Assembly: GCA_018263355.1 (NCBI GenBank)
Contig: JAANXH010000051.1
Location: forward strand, 10,897-74,896
Source of the DNA: Candidatus Woesearchaeota archaeon
GTDB taxonomy: Archaea; Nanobdellota; Nanobdellia; Woesearchaeales; JAGVZT01
Direction of reading: 5' to 3'
Length of the DNA: 64,000 nucleotides
The notes under the pieces were generated by a model, which worked only from the letters and a program-made list of their open reading frames with translations, did no database searches and was not told where the DNA came from. Shown piece by piece: positions 17,001-25,791 of the stretch (position 1 is its first letter; every line of letters begins with the position of its first letter). The position numbers and the translations under genes are program-made.

Positions 17001-18242
17001 AGAATTATCTGTTGGGCTTCCAAGTAAATTGATTGGATTTTCATCTTCTCCTGCTCTAAATGCATACAAATTCTGGTCCGAACTCCCAATATAAATTGTA
17101 TTGTTAGCAATAATGGGTGATGCAAAAGTTGACAGTGACATAGAATAATTCCATAGGTGATCTCCATTACTTGTATTTAAAATTATTAATCCTATAATTG
17201 TTCCAACAAACAATTTATCCGAAGATACAACAGGAGATGAAGTCACATCATATGTTGAAGTATAATTCCAAAGCTGAGTGCCTGTTGAGGCATTTAATGC
17301 ATAAACTACATCTTCATCAGTTCCAAAATAAACAACACCTGATGAGTATGCAGGAGAAGATTCAATATAATCCATTGCTGAATAATTCCATATATGCTGT
17401 CCAGTGGAAGAGTTTAAAGCATAAATAGAGTTTAAAAAACCAAACCACGAGTCTATGCTTCCAAAAAACACTTTTCCCTCAGCAACTAATGCAGAAGTAG
17501 TTATATCTCCTCCTGCAGAAAAATTCCAAAGCAAAGAACCATTAAATGCATCCAGTGCATAAATACTATTGTCTGACCAACCACTCCCAAAATAAACACT
17601 ATTATTTGCAACAGCTGGGGCAGAGGTGATTGCACCAATAGTTGAAAAATTCCAAAGTTGGGTTCCAGTTGTTTTATTTAAAGCATACAGACTATAATCA
17701 CTGCTTCCAACATACACTGCCTGTTGCCAGACAGCGGGAGAAGAATAGGAGATGATTCCATTTGTGGTATAATTCCACATCTGTTCTCCTGTAGTCGCAT
17801 TCAATGAATACACCTTATTGTCATCACTTCCAAAATATATTTTACCTTCTGAGATTGCTGGAGATGAATCTATTTTATCTAAAGTTGTAAAATTCCATAT
17901 ATGCTGACCTGTTGATGCATTCAGTGCATATATTTTTTTATCTCTACTGCCAACATATACAAAATCACCTGCAACAGCAGGAGATAGTGAATTAATACTC
18001 CCATTTGTGGTATAATTCCACAATATTCCCATCTTAGTTATATTTACAGTTCCAGGATAAAATCTGGAATTATTAAGATTACGACCAAACATTTTCCATT
18101 CATTAACTGTATTAGAATTAGAATCTGCAGTTATCAAACTAATTAGCAATAAAAATAAAAGCAAAAGTACTAACCCCTTTTTCATACAAGAATGATTACT
18201 TGACAAGTATATAAATTTTATCTGTTTATTAAATATGACCAA
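14055..18242 (-). CDS. Giant secreted surface protein: N-terminal PQQ-like beta-propeller repeats, sequon-rich middle, C-terminal TM anchor
   Basis: Signal peptide MKKGLVLLLLFLLLISLITA. About ten repeats of the form KIYALNASTGQHIWNF...SSPA (PQQ/BamB-like propeller blades). The middle region contains dozens of N-x-S/T sequons. A poly-Gly run SSSSGGGGGGGF precedes a C-terminal hydrophobic helix WLIFLLVLFVIVPGVGIGTYFLI and a basic tail. Confidence 0.6.
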   Translation of the reverse strand: MVIFNKQIKFIYLSSNHSCMKKGLVLLLLFLLLISLITADSNSNTVNEWKMFGRNLNNSRFYPGTVNITKMGILWNYTTNGSINSLSPAVAGDFVYVGSRDKKIYALNASTGQHIWNFTTLDKIDSSPAISEGKIYFGSDDNKVYSLNATTGEQMWNYTTNGIISYSSPAVWQQAVYVGSSDYSLYALNKTTGTQLWNFSTIGAITSAPAVANNSVYFGSGWSDNSIYALDAFNGSLLWNFSAGGDITTSALVAEGKVFFGSIDSWFGFLNSIYALNSSTGQHIWNYSAMDYIESSPAYSSGVVYFGTDEDVVYALNASTGTQLWNYTSTYDVTSSPVVSSDKLFVGTIIGLIILNTSNGDHLWNYSMSLSTFASPIIANNTIYIGSSDQNLYAFRAGEDENPINLLGSPTDNSLKNSTDPVDVSFNCYASDDQGIVNISLYMTNKTNQSFSLNVSQSNIGKSINKTWTMSMGNGTYTWGCLAYDNIGQKIWSENRSLVVDGTLIEYFDFYGYTKYTNGSIINETAVRMNIYTYNEGMDLQKVHFTRSDNAGFFNITDIRIYQNRFYKPTIKHSDEDQVDYIGASLPEFPYTEIQNISPIDFYLQPAAILNFSAINSTGSQIPFKYQVKDKKLGYSVEEDFDSFSLNEQVPVPNNRNYSIMIYPNNSFPVSVDVTNLSSYYEKTFNCTESNERLTGYATINDSANLDSLLVVSYLLEPGRNVYYGDNAQVMFNSTGDDFYNHSSGEYNISVAAQVENSTVLVFAIAQKNSSYYGGFQQVSLSYQTSPGPVNFSLYKLLGNQSNLTVKGFSGQKNIPLKLKQINIYNSTGASISGFASVEVKLNYEQVNFTLTTDVSQNSNGSFYVPILNISGIDRINVYSSSGAPAKKSFNLAELSSELNISLNEPFNVEDPDGDSLGDLFVDMISYRSTCDVPNYDGSCSLFGGEANRSNVNPLSIVMSGVPISFRMRNSNNITVHFVNVDMLASGPPDALFDSNSSDTQGTSAYSQAWRFGSSGPEIYDYVIIGAPYVPATSSQAGINEDLQINISIPVLYDDDWNAVWNSSAGDNTTNITSNSDLSDYQDYVGTEYELYLNSSVACNESDENLTELCYKDADNNMLWFKIPHFSGVGPENIGVFQDIISTTVSSSSGGGGGGGFVPTVGEEKETSKSKLWDVLSLDKNIMQISEAKIAVNKIMFSAAKKVRGAEITIGNLVEQPDSVENIGGPVYQYIEIKTSDNINDSVISSVKIEFEVGRDWISAYSVNSSTVSMYRWENEWSKLDTKQTGSNNTHLFYLANSPGFSYFVISGQRVNTVVDSEAEAKINIVEPEVKPNQENPQTENKFPWLIFLLVLFVIVPGVGIGTYFLISREKKSAKNAQKEFIEQKQKYKKLVGKD

Positions 18243-18293
18243 TTAAATTAGAAAAATATAAAAACTAGATAAATAATTTACATAACACCTCAA

Positions 18294-18749
18294 ATGAATT
18301 GTGAGATGTGTGGTTCTAAAAAAGCTATTAACAAAACAAACATAGAGGGTGCTGTATTAAGTTTATGCTCTGGTTGTAGTTCATATGGAGAAGTTATAGA
18401 GCGGATTAAGCCTAAACCAAAGAAAAAAGAGAAAACCTTTACACAATCTCCAGTAAAACAAGAAACAATCCTACTAATTTCTAAAGACTACTCTAAAAAA
18501 ATAAAGAATAAAAGAGAAAAATTAGGATTAAAACAAGAGGAATTTGCAAAAAAGATAAATGAAAAAGAATCTCTTATTAGAAAAATCGAATCTGGCACAA
18601 CAGAACCAAACTTGGACTTAGCAAGAAGAATAGAAAAATTTCTAAAAATCAAAATAGTAAAAGCACATAAAGAACAAACAGAATATAAATCAAAAACCAA
18701 AGCTGGGCCCGTAACAATCGGAGATTTAATAACAATAAAAAAGAATTAA
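18294..18749 (+). CDS. Multiprotein bridging factor 1 (MBF1)-like HTH transcriptional cofactor
   Basis: N-terminal zinc ribbon CEMCGS...CSGC plus a C-terminal XRE-type HTH (KREKLGLKQEEFAKKINEKESLIRKIESGTTEPNLDLARRIEKFL). Confidence 0.6.
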   Translation: MNCEMCGSKKAINKTNIEGAVLSLCSGCSSYGEVIERIKPKPKKKEKTFTQSPVKQETILLISKDYSKKIKNKREKLGLKQEEFAKKINEKESLIRKIESGTTEPNLDLARRIEKFLKIKIVKAHKEQTEYKSKTKAGPVTIGDLITIKKN

Positions 18750-18780
18750 AATATAAATGTGAAGTTTTTTCTAATAGATA

Positions 18781-20076
18781 ATGAAAGTACAAATCTTTTC
18801 AAATGATCCAATTATGAATATATCCATAGTCTTTTTTTTTATTTTGTTTTTGTTTATCCTGTTTTTGTTTATAAGTTATTTTTTATCCTTATTTAAGAAA
18901 AAGCAGTTTAAACAGCTTAAAGAACCAGTGAGCATAATCATACCTATGTTTAATGAAGAAAAACGAATCAAAAACTGCCTTAATTCAATAATCCATTCTG
19001 GCTTTCCAGTAAAATTAATGCAGATAATGCTTATTGATGATGGTTCTACAGACTCTTCTCAGAAGATAGTTAATGAATTTATAAAATCTAGAAAAGATAT
19101 TAATGTTAGTCTAATAAAACAAGAACATAAAGGCAAAGTCCAGGCTTTAAATAAAGGTGTTTCAAATGCAAAACATGATCTAATTGTTACAATTGATGCT
19201 GATACAATTATAAAACCAGGAGCTATTAGCAGTATGATCTCTCCACTTTCAAGAAAAGATATTGGTGCAACAAATGGAGTGAGTTTAGTACTGAATCCTA
19301 AAACAATTCTTGAAATTTTTCAAAGTGTAGAATATAAACTAAACAGCTTGATAAGAATAAGTTTGACAAGATTATTTGACAATGGAATTTGGTTTTTTGG
19401 TGCTGCTGCTGCCTATAAAAAAAAAGTATTACAACAAATAGGGGGGTTTAGCAGCCAAACATTAACTGAAGATATGGATATTAGTCTAAAACTATATAAT
19501 GCAGGTTATAAAATTTATACTGCAGAAAATGCAATATGCTTTTCAGATAGCCCTAGAACGCTCAAAAAACTCTTTGCCCAAAGAACAAGATGGTGGTTTG
19601 GAGTTTTATCTGCTCTGGTTAAAAACAGAAACTCTTTAAAAAAAGCAAACCCATCAATTTGGTTTTTGTATGTCAATCAGTTTTGGTGGACTTTTTATTC
19701 TTTTTTTAGTATTCCTTTATTTATTTATCAAATAGCTTACTGGTGGCCAGGAAGTGTTTGGTCAAGCACAATTTATTTGTTTAGATGGTTTAGTTTGCTT
19801 GGTCCAATATATGTCATATACAAGATTCCTGTTTGGGGATTATCTTTTTTAAACATATTTGGAGTAGTTTCTGGATTAATGTCAACCACATTAATTCTGA
19901 TTTCAATATATAATTTTTCAGAAAAAGTTAAGTTTAATGAATTGGTTGCAATATTTTTTTATTTTCCTTATACCATTATTGGCAATTGTATTATTGCATC
20001 ATCTATGTTTAAATACAATCTAGAATCAAAGTTTATAGATAAAATAGTAAATCCCCGTAATAACTCCAAGAAGTAA
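18781..20076 (+). CDS. Processive family 2 glycosyltransferase (membrane-integrated, QxxRW type)
   Basis: N-terminal TM, then DDGSTD, TIDADT and the QRTRWWFG (QxxRW) motif, with multiple C-terminal TM helices. Confidence 0.7.
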   Translation: MKVQIFSNDPIMNISIVFFFILFLFILFLFISYFLSLFKKKQFKQLKEPVSIIIPMFNEEKRIKNCLNSIIHSGFPVKLMQIMLIDDGSTDSSQKIVNEFIKSRKDINVSLIKQEHKGKVQALNKGVSNAKHDLIVTIDADTIIKPGAISSMISPLSRKDIGATNGVSLVLNPKTILEIFQSVEYKLNSLIRISLTRLFDNGIWFFGAAAAYKKKVLQQIGGFSSQTLTEDMDISLKLYNAGYKIYTAENAICFSDSPRTLKKLFAQRTRWWFGVLSALVKNRNSLKKANPSIWFLYVNQFWWTFYSFFSIPLFIYQIAYWWPGSVWSSTIYLFRWFSLLGPIYVIYKIPVWGLSFLNIFGVVSGLMSTTLILISIYNFSEKVKFNELVAIFFYFPYTIIGNCIIASSMFKYNLESKFIDKIVNPRNNSKK

Positions 20077-20283
20077 AGATATACTACTTAGGATTATGGC
20101 TATTACTGCAAGTTTTCTTCCACCATATCTGTCTTGATCTTTATGTGCAAGTTTTAAAGCAGTAATTCCAAAACAGATTGAAACAATAGTTAATGGAAAG
20201 TTAATCAATGGAATAAAAAAACATAAACTCAGAACAAAAGCAACAATTGCATAGAATCTATCTTTTTCATTCTTGTTTCCCAT
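20026..20283 (-). CDS. Small membrane protein (hypothetical)
   Basis: 85-aa ORF with two predicted TM helices. Overlaps the 3' end of the preceding gene, so it may be spurious. Confidence 0.2.
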   Translation of the reverse strand: MGNKNEKDRFYAIVAFVLSLCFFIPLINFPLTIVSICFGITALKLAHKDQDRYGGRKLAVIAIILSSISLLLGVITGIYYFIYKL

Positions 20284-20284
20284 T

Positions 20285-21637
20285 TTAAATCTTGTTTCCT
20301 GCTTTTTCTATCATAAACCAATTCATAGACCTGTTAAATATAGCTTTAAAAATACCAACATTAACATAATAAGTAACAACCATACCTATACTTAAAGATG
20401 CAATTATCAAGTGAAATATATATTTGGTGTGATTGCTTTTTATCAGTGCAATAATTGATGTTAAAGTAAATCCAAAGGTAAAAAATGTAGTTTTACTAAA
20501 TTCTGATATCAATTTTGTCCATTGGATCGGACCTGGTGTGCCGGTCATAAAACTAAGTATTCCTAAAACAAACAAGCACATTAAAAGGAAAGAAAAGGAG
20601 TATCCTGATAGCATTATCATAACTCCTATTTTTGATTTAATATTTATTTTTGAAGATAAAAGAGAGCTTACAAGGTGCTCTTTAAAAGCACTTATTACTC
20701 CATATGCCCATCTCATCTGTTGTTTATATAGATCTTTAGGTCTAAATGGAGTTTCACAGTCACAAGATAAATCTTCCAGATATTTTATTTTATATCCCTT
20801 TTTTAAAATTCTAAATGAACACTCAATATCTTCTGTCAGCGCACCATTTTTCCAGCCACCAACTTCTTCTAATGCCTTTTTCCGAATAACCTCAGCTGAA
20901 CCACAAAGAAAAGAGGTTCCTTGTTTTCTAACCATAGAAGGCATTACAATAAAATGAAATGTGGCACTAACTGCTCCTCCAAGTATTGAAACAAGATTTT
21001 GGCTGAAATTTTTTATATTCCATCTTGCTTGAACTACACCTAAAGAATCATTGTTTTTAAATGGTGCAATAATCCTTTTTAAAAAATCTTTTTTTGGTAG
21101 AAAGTCTGAATCAAATATAACAATAAACTCTCCTTTTGTGAATTTTAACATGTGATTTAGATTACCTGGTTTAAAACCTATGTTGCTTCCTCTCCTTGTT
21201 ACCTTAATTAATTCTGGATGTTTAGATGCGAATCCATCAATCTTTTCAGATACTCTTTTTTTACTACTATCATCTCCAATTATTATTTCATATTTGTCTT
21301 TAGGATAATCAAATTTTAAACATTTTTTTGCACATTTAATTGCTGCAAGCTCATTATATGTTGGGATTTGAATAGTTACAAAAGGAGTATATTTTGTCTT
21401 AAGTGATTTTTCTTCTTGCTTTTTTGTAATATAAGAATATATTAATAACAGCAAATAAAAAACAGATACAATCATTATTACTCCAAGAACAATATCAAAA
21501 AGTACATTAAAAACTAAATGTAGGATATCTAAAATTGGTCGACTAAGTGAAAAATAGAATTCAGAGAACTTCTTAGGGAATTCAAGGTAATACTTAACCC
21601 ACAATTGTATAAATCTTGCTATTAAATCAGTCGCCAT
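20285..21637 (-). CDS. Processive family 2 glycosyltransferase (membrane-integrated, QxxRW type)
   Basis: GDDSS, FDSDF and QQMRWAYG motifs flanked by N- and C-terminal TM helices. Confidence 0.7.
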   Translation of the reverse strand: MATDLIARFIQLWVKYYLEFPKKFSEFYFSLSRPILDILHLVFNVLFDIVLGVIMIVSVFYLLLLIYSYITKKQEEKSLKTKYTPFVTIQIPTYNELAAIKCAKKCLKFDYPKDKYEIIIGDDSSKKRVSEKIDGFASKHPELIKVTRRGSNIGFKPGNLNHMLKFTKGEFIVIFDSDFLPKKDFLKRIIAPFKNNDSLGVVQARWNIKNFSQNLVSILGGAVSATFHFIVMPSMVRKQGTSFLCGSAEVIRKKALEEVGGWKNGALTEDIECSFRILKKGYKIKYLEDLSCDCETPFRPKDLYKQQMRWAYGVISAFKEHLVSSLLSSKINIKSKIGVMIMLSGYSFSFLLMCLFVLGILSFMTGTPGPIQWTKLISEFSKTTFFTFGFTLTSIIALIKSNHTKYIFHLIIASLSIGMVVTYYVNVGIFKAIFNRSMNWFMIEKAGNKI

Positions 21638-21704
21638 GTAAACACACTTTATTTAAAAAAGACCTTTAATATACTTATTAAATATTTCGGTTGTTACATA
21701 TAAT

Positions 21705-23060
21705 TTATACTTCTATAGATATATTTAGTGGGATAAACTCCCATACTTGTACTGCTTGCATATCAATAATCTTGTGAAAAGTTTGGTTATTTCTGAATAA
21801 AAACAATAATCCTTGTTCTTCTTTATTCCAAACCAGGTTCTGCTTCATTCGATTATCAACTAAAATATAAGTAATATTGCTAGAATTAAGCATTTGTGTT
21901 GTTTTATAATAATCCCTAGACTGAAATATTTGTTCAGATATGTCTTTTTGCTCAAAAACTGAAAATCCTGTATAATATTTAATTAATGGATAGTTTGAGT
22001 CATGAGATAACACAATTCCTTTCTCAAAATCATTTAATTTTTTTAGTGCTTTTATTGTGTCCTGATCAGGATATTTGCTAGAAACTCTTTTAATATATGA
22101 AAAAGAAGAAAAGAGCAAACCACATATTACAAGCAAAACTGTAAGTTCTTTTAGTATTTTCAATTGCCATTTCTTTTTAACAAAATTAATCAATCCTTTT
22201 GCAGCAAAAAAGGAAAAAATCAGGTTAAGATAAACTGAGAGATTGATCTTATATAAAATCATTACTAAGATTAAAACAAGAACAAATCCATGCAATAGCC
22301 CATATTTTTTTTTGTTTTTCCATGTTGAGAAAATACCAAGCAAAGCAAGGAATATATTAAACACTCCTAAACCTAAAAGAGCTCCAAAATCAGTAACAGA
22401 ATCTGTAAAAATGTCCTGTAATAAAATCCTAGGTTCTGGCTCAATATAATAGTTTGACACTACACCTAAAAATAAAACTATTGCAAGCAAAAATGCATAT
22501 CCTCTCTTATTTTCAGACTTAATAAGATAATAAACTAAAATCAAAGATATTAGTAGAAGTAATATTAATCCCTGAAGACTTAAAAACATTAAAATTACTC
22601 CTGCAGCTATTTTAGCTTTTTTATTACAACTCAAAAGGTATCCTGCCAGTAGTATTAAAAATATGTAAAGACTATAAGCTGATGAAAAAACAAACATGAA
22701 AATGAATGCTGGAGAACTAATAAAAATTAAACTAATTATCCATGCTTCATATGTGTTGGTTAACTTTTCACAGAAAGCAAATAATAAGGCTGCACTTCCT
22801 AAACAGAATATTAAAGCAACAACAATTGATGCAGCATACAATCCGATTATCCTTCCTAAATTACTAATTAAGAAAACATATGGCTCATTTATCTGAGGGC
22901 CCAAGCTCTGAGCTTGAATAAGATTTGAATAAGCTTGCTCTCCAATTAAAATGGGTTGTGATTGAATCATCCTAATAATAAAAGTAAGAGACAACATAGA
23001 TAAAGCTAAAATTATTAAAACCAGATAGTTTTTTTCCTCTAAAAAATTTTTAATTTTCAT
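21705..23060 (-). CDS. Polytopic membrane protein, probable GT-C fold glycosyltransferase
   Basis: About ten TM helices followed by a roughly 130-aa soluble C-terminal domain. Overlaps the next gene by 11 nt, so an operon is likely. Confidence 0.4.
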   Translation of the reverse strand: MKIKNFLEEKNYLVLIILALSMLSLTFIIRMIQSQPILIGEQAYSNLIQAQSLGPQINEPYVFLISNLGRIIGLYAASIVVALIFCLGSAALLFAFCEKLTNTYEAWIISLIFISSPAFIFMFVFSSAYSLYIFLILLAGYLLSCNKKAKIAAGVILMFLSLQGLILLLLISLILVYYLIKSENKRGYAFLLAIVLFLGVVSNYYIEPEPRILLQDIFTDSVTDFGALLGLGVFNIFLALLGIFSTWKNKKKYGLLHGFVLVLILVMILYKINLSVYLNLIFSFFAAKGLINFVKKKWQLKILKELTVLLVICGLLFSSFSYIKRVSSKYPDQDTIKALKKLNDFEKGIVLSHDSNYPLIKYYTGFSVFEQKDISEQIFQSRDYYKTTQMLNSSNITYILVDNRMKQNLVWNKEEQGLLFLFRNNQTFHKIIDMQAVQVWEFIPLNISIEV

Positions 23061-24546
23061 TTGCTTCTTTGATTGTACAATCTACACTATAGATTATTAT
23101 TGTTTTATTGTATCTCTGCGTAAAACATCTTTCACCAAGGTATTGAATCTTATTAATGTCATATTGGGCTTTTGCTCTTTGTGAAAACAAAATATAATCA
23201 ACTTCATATTTATTAAGTAATCTTATTGCTTCTGTTTGAAATATTGTTGTATACATTGAATTTGTATCAGAATATATTTGATTAATATCTGGTTGTAGCA
23301 AAAAATTCTCATCAATTACATTTTTTCTTTTAGCTATCCCTGTAATCAGATGACCTTCTTTTGGTGTAGCTAGAACTACTGAATCTTGAGGAGTATTGTT
23401 TTTTATCCAGTTAAATGCTTCAATTTCTTCTTGTGTAAAAGAATCTGATACATTAGATGCTGCATATAGAATTGAAGGAACAAATGCAGTTATAATAAAA
23501 ACCAAGATTAAAACAAGATTAATCCATTTTTTATACTTAGTAAACTTGGTTTTATTAAAATATACTGAAAGTTGCTCAAAAGCCTTTGCAGAAAGTAAAG
23601 TTAGAATAATACTAAAATATACTAAACCTATCTGCATACGTATTAGTCTTAACCAAATCAAAGAAAATATTGTGATTGCAAAGGAGATTATCAGATATAT
23701 GTCTCGATTCTTCTCTCTTAAAAGGTGACGGTAGATTACATAGATTCCAGCACAAAAAGGAACTATTCCAATTGTGAATATTGAATCTAAAAGATTAAAT
23801 TCAAGAAAATATTTACTGATAAGAACAGACGGGATATTTTGATGAATTAAATTAGGACCATATGCTAAAAAAGCATTTTTAAATATAATAAAAATTAACC
23901 AGAGAATAAAGAAACATGAGAATGTTATTAACTCTAACTCAATTCTACGGTATCTTAATCCTTCTAACCAAACAAAGAAAAGATAAACAAGAAAAGATAA
24001 TAATGGAAGAATAATTAATTGGTGACTTGCTGCAAGAATAATAAGTAAAATTAGAAAATTTAGAATGTACTTCTTATCTTGAGTAATTTTCATAAAATAA
24101 TAAAGCAAAGCAAAAGTCAGTGGGACAACTAAAGAGTATACTGAAAGTGTATTGAGATCCTTGTATAGTACTGGAAGAAAAGCTGAGATTAATGCAACAA
24201 CTAAACTTATGTTATGTTTTTTTGTTATTTTTTGTGCTATTTTATAATTAATTAAAATAAGAGCGCAAAATAGAATATTAGGCACTAACTTAACAGCTAA
24301 CCCTAGAGGTAAAATTAATGCAAAAAATGCTACCAAATAATGAAAAAATGGCAGAAATATATAAAAACGACCAGAATAGCTTAGTGGATCACTATAAATT
24401 GGAATACCCGTAGATTTGATGCTCTCAATTTGTCTTTGGTTAAAATAAGAAGTTCCATCACTAAAATGTGGTGTCTGAAAACAAAGGTAAAGTCTTATAA
24501 AAAGAGCAAATGCAAATATAATCCACACCTTAGTTTGCTTTCTCAT
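23050..24546 (-). CDS. Polytopic membrane protein, GT-C fold glycosyltransferase (PMT/ArnT-like)
   Basis: N-terminal VWIIFAFALFIRLYLCFQTP, typical of ArnT/PMT-family GT-C enzymes; many TM helices; C-terminal soluble domain. Confidence 0.45.
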   Translation of the reverse strand: MRKQTKVWIIFAFALFIRLYLCFQTPHFSDGTSYFNQRQIESIKSTGIPIYSDPLSYSGRFYIFLPFFHYLVAFFALILPLGLAVKLVPNILFCALILINYKIAQKITKKHNISLVVALISAFLPVLYKDLNTLSVYSLVVPLTFALLYYFMKITQDKKYILNFLILLIILAASHQLIILPLLSFLVYLFFVWLEGLRYRRIELELITFSCFFILWLIFIIFKNAFLAYGPNLIHQNIPSVLISKYFLEFNLLDSIFTIGIVPFCAGIYVIYRHLLREKNRDIYLIISFAITIFSLIWLRLIRMQIGLVYFSIILTLLSAKAFEQLSVYFNKTKFTKYKKWINLVLILVFIITAFVPSILYAASNVSDSFTQEEIEAFNWIKNNTPQDSVVLATPKEGHLITGIAKRKNVIDENFLLQPDINQIYSDTNSMYTTIFQTEAIRLLNKYEVDYILFSQRAKAQYDINKIQYLGERCFTQRYNKTIIIYSVDCTIKEANEN

Positions 24547-24677
24547 CTGTGTAAAGCATGATTATATCTTATATATATGTTTTCCCAAGAGCATTTAATC
24601 CAACATAAAATAACCGAAATCTTTATTAGTCAGATAATATCTTTAATTATGATAATGTTAGTATTGAGGAGGGGAAA

Positions 24678-25721
24678 ATGGCTTCTAAAAAAAGTAAGAA
24701 AATAGCAATTAGAAAAAAATCAATTAGTAAAAAAGGTAAGAAGAAAAAATCTAAAGATGTTGACTTGATTGTAATCCCATTGTCTAAATTAATAACTTGG
24801 GTGATTATAATTGCAGTAATTGGAGTAGCATTGGTTGGTTTAAGATATACTCAAGACACACAAGGTACACCAGATGTATCTACTGATATCCCAGAGGGAA
24901 CTGCAGCAATGGTAAATGGAAAAGCAATATCTTGGAATGAAGTTGACGCAAGATACAATGCATTGTCTGATGAGGCGAAAGAAAGTATCTCAAAAGAGAC
25001 GATACTAAACCAAACTATAGAAGCTACTATTGTAGCACAAGAGGTTGAAAAGTTGAACATTCCTGTAAATCAAGAGGAATTAAATGCTCTTTTTGAAAGA
25101 GTTAAATCTCAATATAGTGAAGAAGGTTTTGAACGAAGACTGCAACAACAACAGATTACTGTTGATCAGTTCAAAGAACAATTAGCTCAAAACTTGGTGA
25201 CAAATGAGTTATTTACTAGAAATGTTCCTGAACTTAAGGTGTCTGATGAAGAAATTCAGCAGTTTTTTGAGAATAACAAAGCACAGTTAAACACACCAGA
25301 AATGACAAGAGCATCACATATCTTGCTAAATTCAAGTGTAAAAGCACAGCAAGTTATAACTCAAGTTAAATCTGGTGCTGATTTTGCACAAATGGCAGCT
25401 GAGCATTCAATTGGACCATCAGCACAGGTTGGAGGAGATCTTGATTTTTTCAGCAGAGGTATGCTACTTCCAGAGTTTGAAGGTGCTGCATTTAACTTAA
25501 GTGTTGGAGATGTATCAGACATTGTACAAACTGATGCAGGATATCACATAATTAAAATTACAGACAGAAAGCCTGCAAAAGAAGCAACATTACAAGAAGT
25601 AAAACCAATTATCCGGTTAAATCTTTTTGATGCAAAACTCAGATCAAACCAAGGTAAGGTTGGAGACTACATTAATACTTTGATCAATCAAGCTGATGTA
25701 CAAAGGTTTGAAAGAAAATAA
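24678..25721 (+). CDS. Membrane-anchored parvulin-type peptidyl-prolyl cis-trans isomerase (PpiC/PrsA/SurA-like)
   Basis: N-terminal TM, a chaperone-like middle region, and a PpiC domain: ASHILL...GGDLDFFSRGMLLPEFEGAAFNLSVGDVSDIVQTDAGYHIIKIT. GGAGG SD upstream. Confidence 0.75.
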   Translation: MASKKSKKIAIRKKSISKKGKKKKSKDVDLIVIPLSKLITWVIIIAVIGVALVGLRYTQDTQGTPDVSTDIPEGTAAMVNGKAISWNEVDARYNALSDEAKESISKETILNQTIEATIVAQEVEKLNIPVNQEELNALFERVKSQYSEEGFERRLQQQQITVDQFKEQLAQNLVTNELFTRNVPELKVSDEEIQQFFENNKAQLNTPEMTRASHILLNSSVKAQQVITQVKSGADFAQMAAEHSIGPSAQVGGDLDFFSRGMLLPEFEGAAFNLSVGDVSDIVQTDAGYHIIKITDRKPAKEATLQEVKPIIRLNLFDAKLRSNQGKVGDYINTLINQADVQRFERK

Positions 25722-25791
25722 AAATTATTTCTTTTTTTCTTTTTATTATATCTTAATATAGAAGATTATATCTTAAATAAAAGAAAAAAAA

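Noticed and set aside
14377-17428. Plus-strand ORFs (14377, 14608, 15244, 16458, 17198) inside the giant surface-protein gene
   Set aside because: They are antisense to a long well-supported gene, have no motifs and contain homopolymeric PPPPPPEEEE segments arising from the antisense of the GGGGGG run.
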